46,362 nucleotides of DNA from a virus. Lineage: Duplodnaviria; Caudoviricetes. Numbering within the stretch: the first letter of the stretch is position 1; each line of letters begins with the position of its first letter. The position numbers and the translations under genes were made by a program. The notes below the pieces were generated by a model that saw only the letters and a program-made list of their open reading frames with translations, did no database searches and was not told the DNA's origin. Where the stretch lies: the IMG/VR virus record IMGVR_UViG_3300037722_001735, positions 1-46,362 of that record. The stretch is one strand, 5' to 3'. This document shows positions 45,211-46,362 of the stretch, in pieces.

Positions 45211-45641
45211 GGCTATTCGGGAGCACCTGGTCGCCTGAGCTGGCGTTCCAGTTCGCGAATGCGTTTGAGTTCGTCGTGTTGTGCGCGGCCGCGGCGGTGC
45301 TGCTCTATTACATCGTCGGGCAGGTCGCGAGCTGGGGCGACCTGTGGCGCCGCTTCTCGCGCGTCATCCTGCATAACTACCAGGGCGGCGGCTACGACCT
45401 GGCGATCGCCTGCTTTGCGATCCTGTTCGGCAAGGCGATGCGCGCCGGCATCATCTGGGAGTGGCGGCATTTCGGCGGGCAGATGTCGCTCGACCTGTTG
45501 CTCGTCGCGGTCGCGATCGTGGCCGCCGGGTCGCTGTGCCTGGTGCGCGTGCTGGTGCCGTGCCGCTATTACAATTGCGTCTGGATCGGCGTCGGCATCG
45601 TGGCGCTCGCCTTTGCCGGATGGTCCGTTTCGGTGAGTTGA
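45207..45641 (+). CDS. Multi-TM membrane protein (holin candidate)
   Basis: About four hydrophobic segments; last gene of the late operon. Confidence 0.55.
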   Translation: MRLFGSTWSPELAFQFANAFEFVVLCAAAAVLLYYIVGQVASWGDLWRRFSRVILHNYQGGGYDLAIACFAILFGKAMRAGIIWEWRHFGGQMSLDLLLVAVAIVAAGSLCLVRVLVPCRYYNCVWIGVGIVALAFAGWSVSVS

Positions 45642-45683
45642 CGAGCTCCTCCCGGAGGCGGCTGCAAAGCCGCATGGAGAACT

Positions 45684-45717
45684 GGCCCGGCCGGGGAAAC
45701 CCGCGCCGGGCCTTTTT
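45684..45717 (+). terminator. Rho-independent terminator ending the late operon
   Basis: GGCCCGGC...GCCGGGCC followed by TTTTT. Confidence 0.8.
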
Positions 45718-46028
45718 CATTTGGATGACTTGGCGCGCGCGATTTTCCCGAGGCTGTCGGCAATCTTCACGCGCGCGTGCCAGAGGTCATAGGCATTCTG
45801 CATACGCAGCCACGTCTCCGGCGGCAGGCCGATGAAAGCGGAGAGGCGCAGGGCCGTCTCGGGCGTGACCGGCGTCTTGCCGTTCAGCACCTTGTTGAGC
45901 CCGTTCGGCGACATGCCGAGGCGCTTCGCGGCGTCGCGCCACGACATGCCGAGATCGTCGATCGTTTCCGCCGCGATCGGGCCGGGATGGACCGGGGCGG
46001 CCGTGCGCGCGCCGGACTTGCTTGCCAT
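45717..46028 (-). CDS. higA: HigA-family antitoxin
   Basis: PVHPG, HTH, VTPETALRL, WLRMQNAYDLW; AGGAG RBS. Confidence 0.9.
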   Translation of the reverse strand: MASKSGARTAAPVHPGPIAAETIDDLGMSWRDAAKRLGMSPNGLNKVLNGKTPVTPETALRLSAFIGLPPETWLRMQNAYDLWHARVKIADSLGKIARAKSSK

Positions 46029-46062
46029 CGCATGTTCTCCTGCCGAAGCGGGGAGGGCCGGA

Positions 46063-46362
46063 TCAACCGGCCCGCCCGTGTTTGCCGTGAGGCTGTTCGA
46101 GGTCGACATTGTAGGCATCTCCATTAAGCCAATCGAAGGTGATCCGCCAAGGGCCGGAAACGGAAATCGACCAGCGATTTTTCGGCCCCGCCCACTTGTG
46201 GGTTTCGAAGCCCGAAAATTGATGCAGGCTGCGAAGGTCGGTCGTTTGATTGAGGATCGTGAGCCGGTGGACGCAGCGCTTGTGCAGGTCCCGGCCGACG
46301 CGGCGCGAAGCGCCGGTCTCGAAGAGTTCCTGCAGGTCCCGGCTTTTCCAGCTTTTAATCAT
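46063..46362 (-). CDS. higB: HigB-family toxin (RelE/ParE superfamily)
   Basis: MIKSWKSRDLQELFETG, WSISVSGPWRITF; upstream of higA. Confidence 0.88.
   Translation of the reverse strand: MIKSWKSRDLQELFETGASRRVGRDLHKRCVHRLTILNQTTDLRSLHQFSGFETHKWAGPKNRWSISVSGPWRITFDWLNGDAYNVDLEQPHGKHGRAG

Larger units (their letters stand above)
1..46362 (+). mobile_element. Lambda-like temperate siphophage/prophage, near complete (integrase, repressor and att not in window)
   Basis: Co-directional, tightly coupled early, replication, packaging, head, tail and lysis genes in lambdoid order. Confidence 0.93.

Noticed and set aside
1-46362. Integrase, att sites, tRNA or rRNA genes, IS elements
   Set aside because: None recognisable in the window

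Overview
GC-rich, almost entirely plus-strand, near-complete lambda-like temperate siphophage/prophage; an alphaproteobacterial host is inferred from GC content and gene style. No integrase, repressor or att site is visible; they probably lie left of base 1. Order: Cro-like regulator with promoter/operator; early accessory genes (HD hydrolase, ParB-MT-A70 fusion); a complete Bordetella BPP-1-type diversity-generating retroelement (DGR) with TWO tandem Mtd-like targets, avd, template repeat and RT; SNF2-helicase/DNA-MTase fusion, DUF5131, ASCH, replication initiator with iterons; cos-like site, terminases, portal, protease/scaffold, decoration, capsid; an inserted ATP-grasp + methyltransferase + two glycosyltransferase cassette; tail genes with a -1 frameshifted chaperone; a fibre region with a PhoD-like phosphatase; an antisense methyltransferase moron; lysis genes; HigBA. 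Main highlights: (1) the dual-target DGR sits in the early region and its targets lack the Mtd N-terminal domain; (2) a two-hairpin element with compensatory base changes occurs four times along the transcript (put-like RNA candidate); (3) a putative virion-modification cassette; (4) a tail-module PhoD. Family calls come from motif recognition by eye and alignments were hand-counted; no database search was run.
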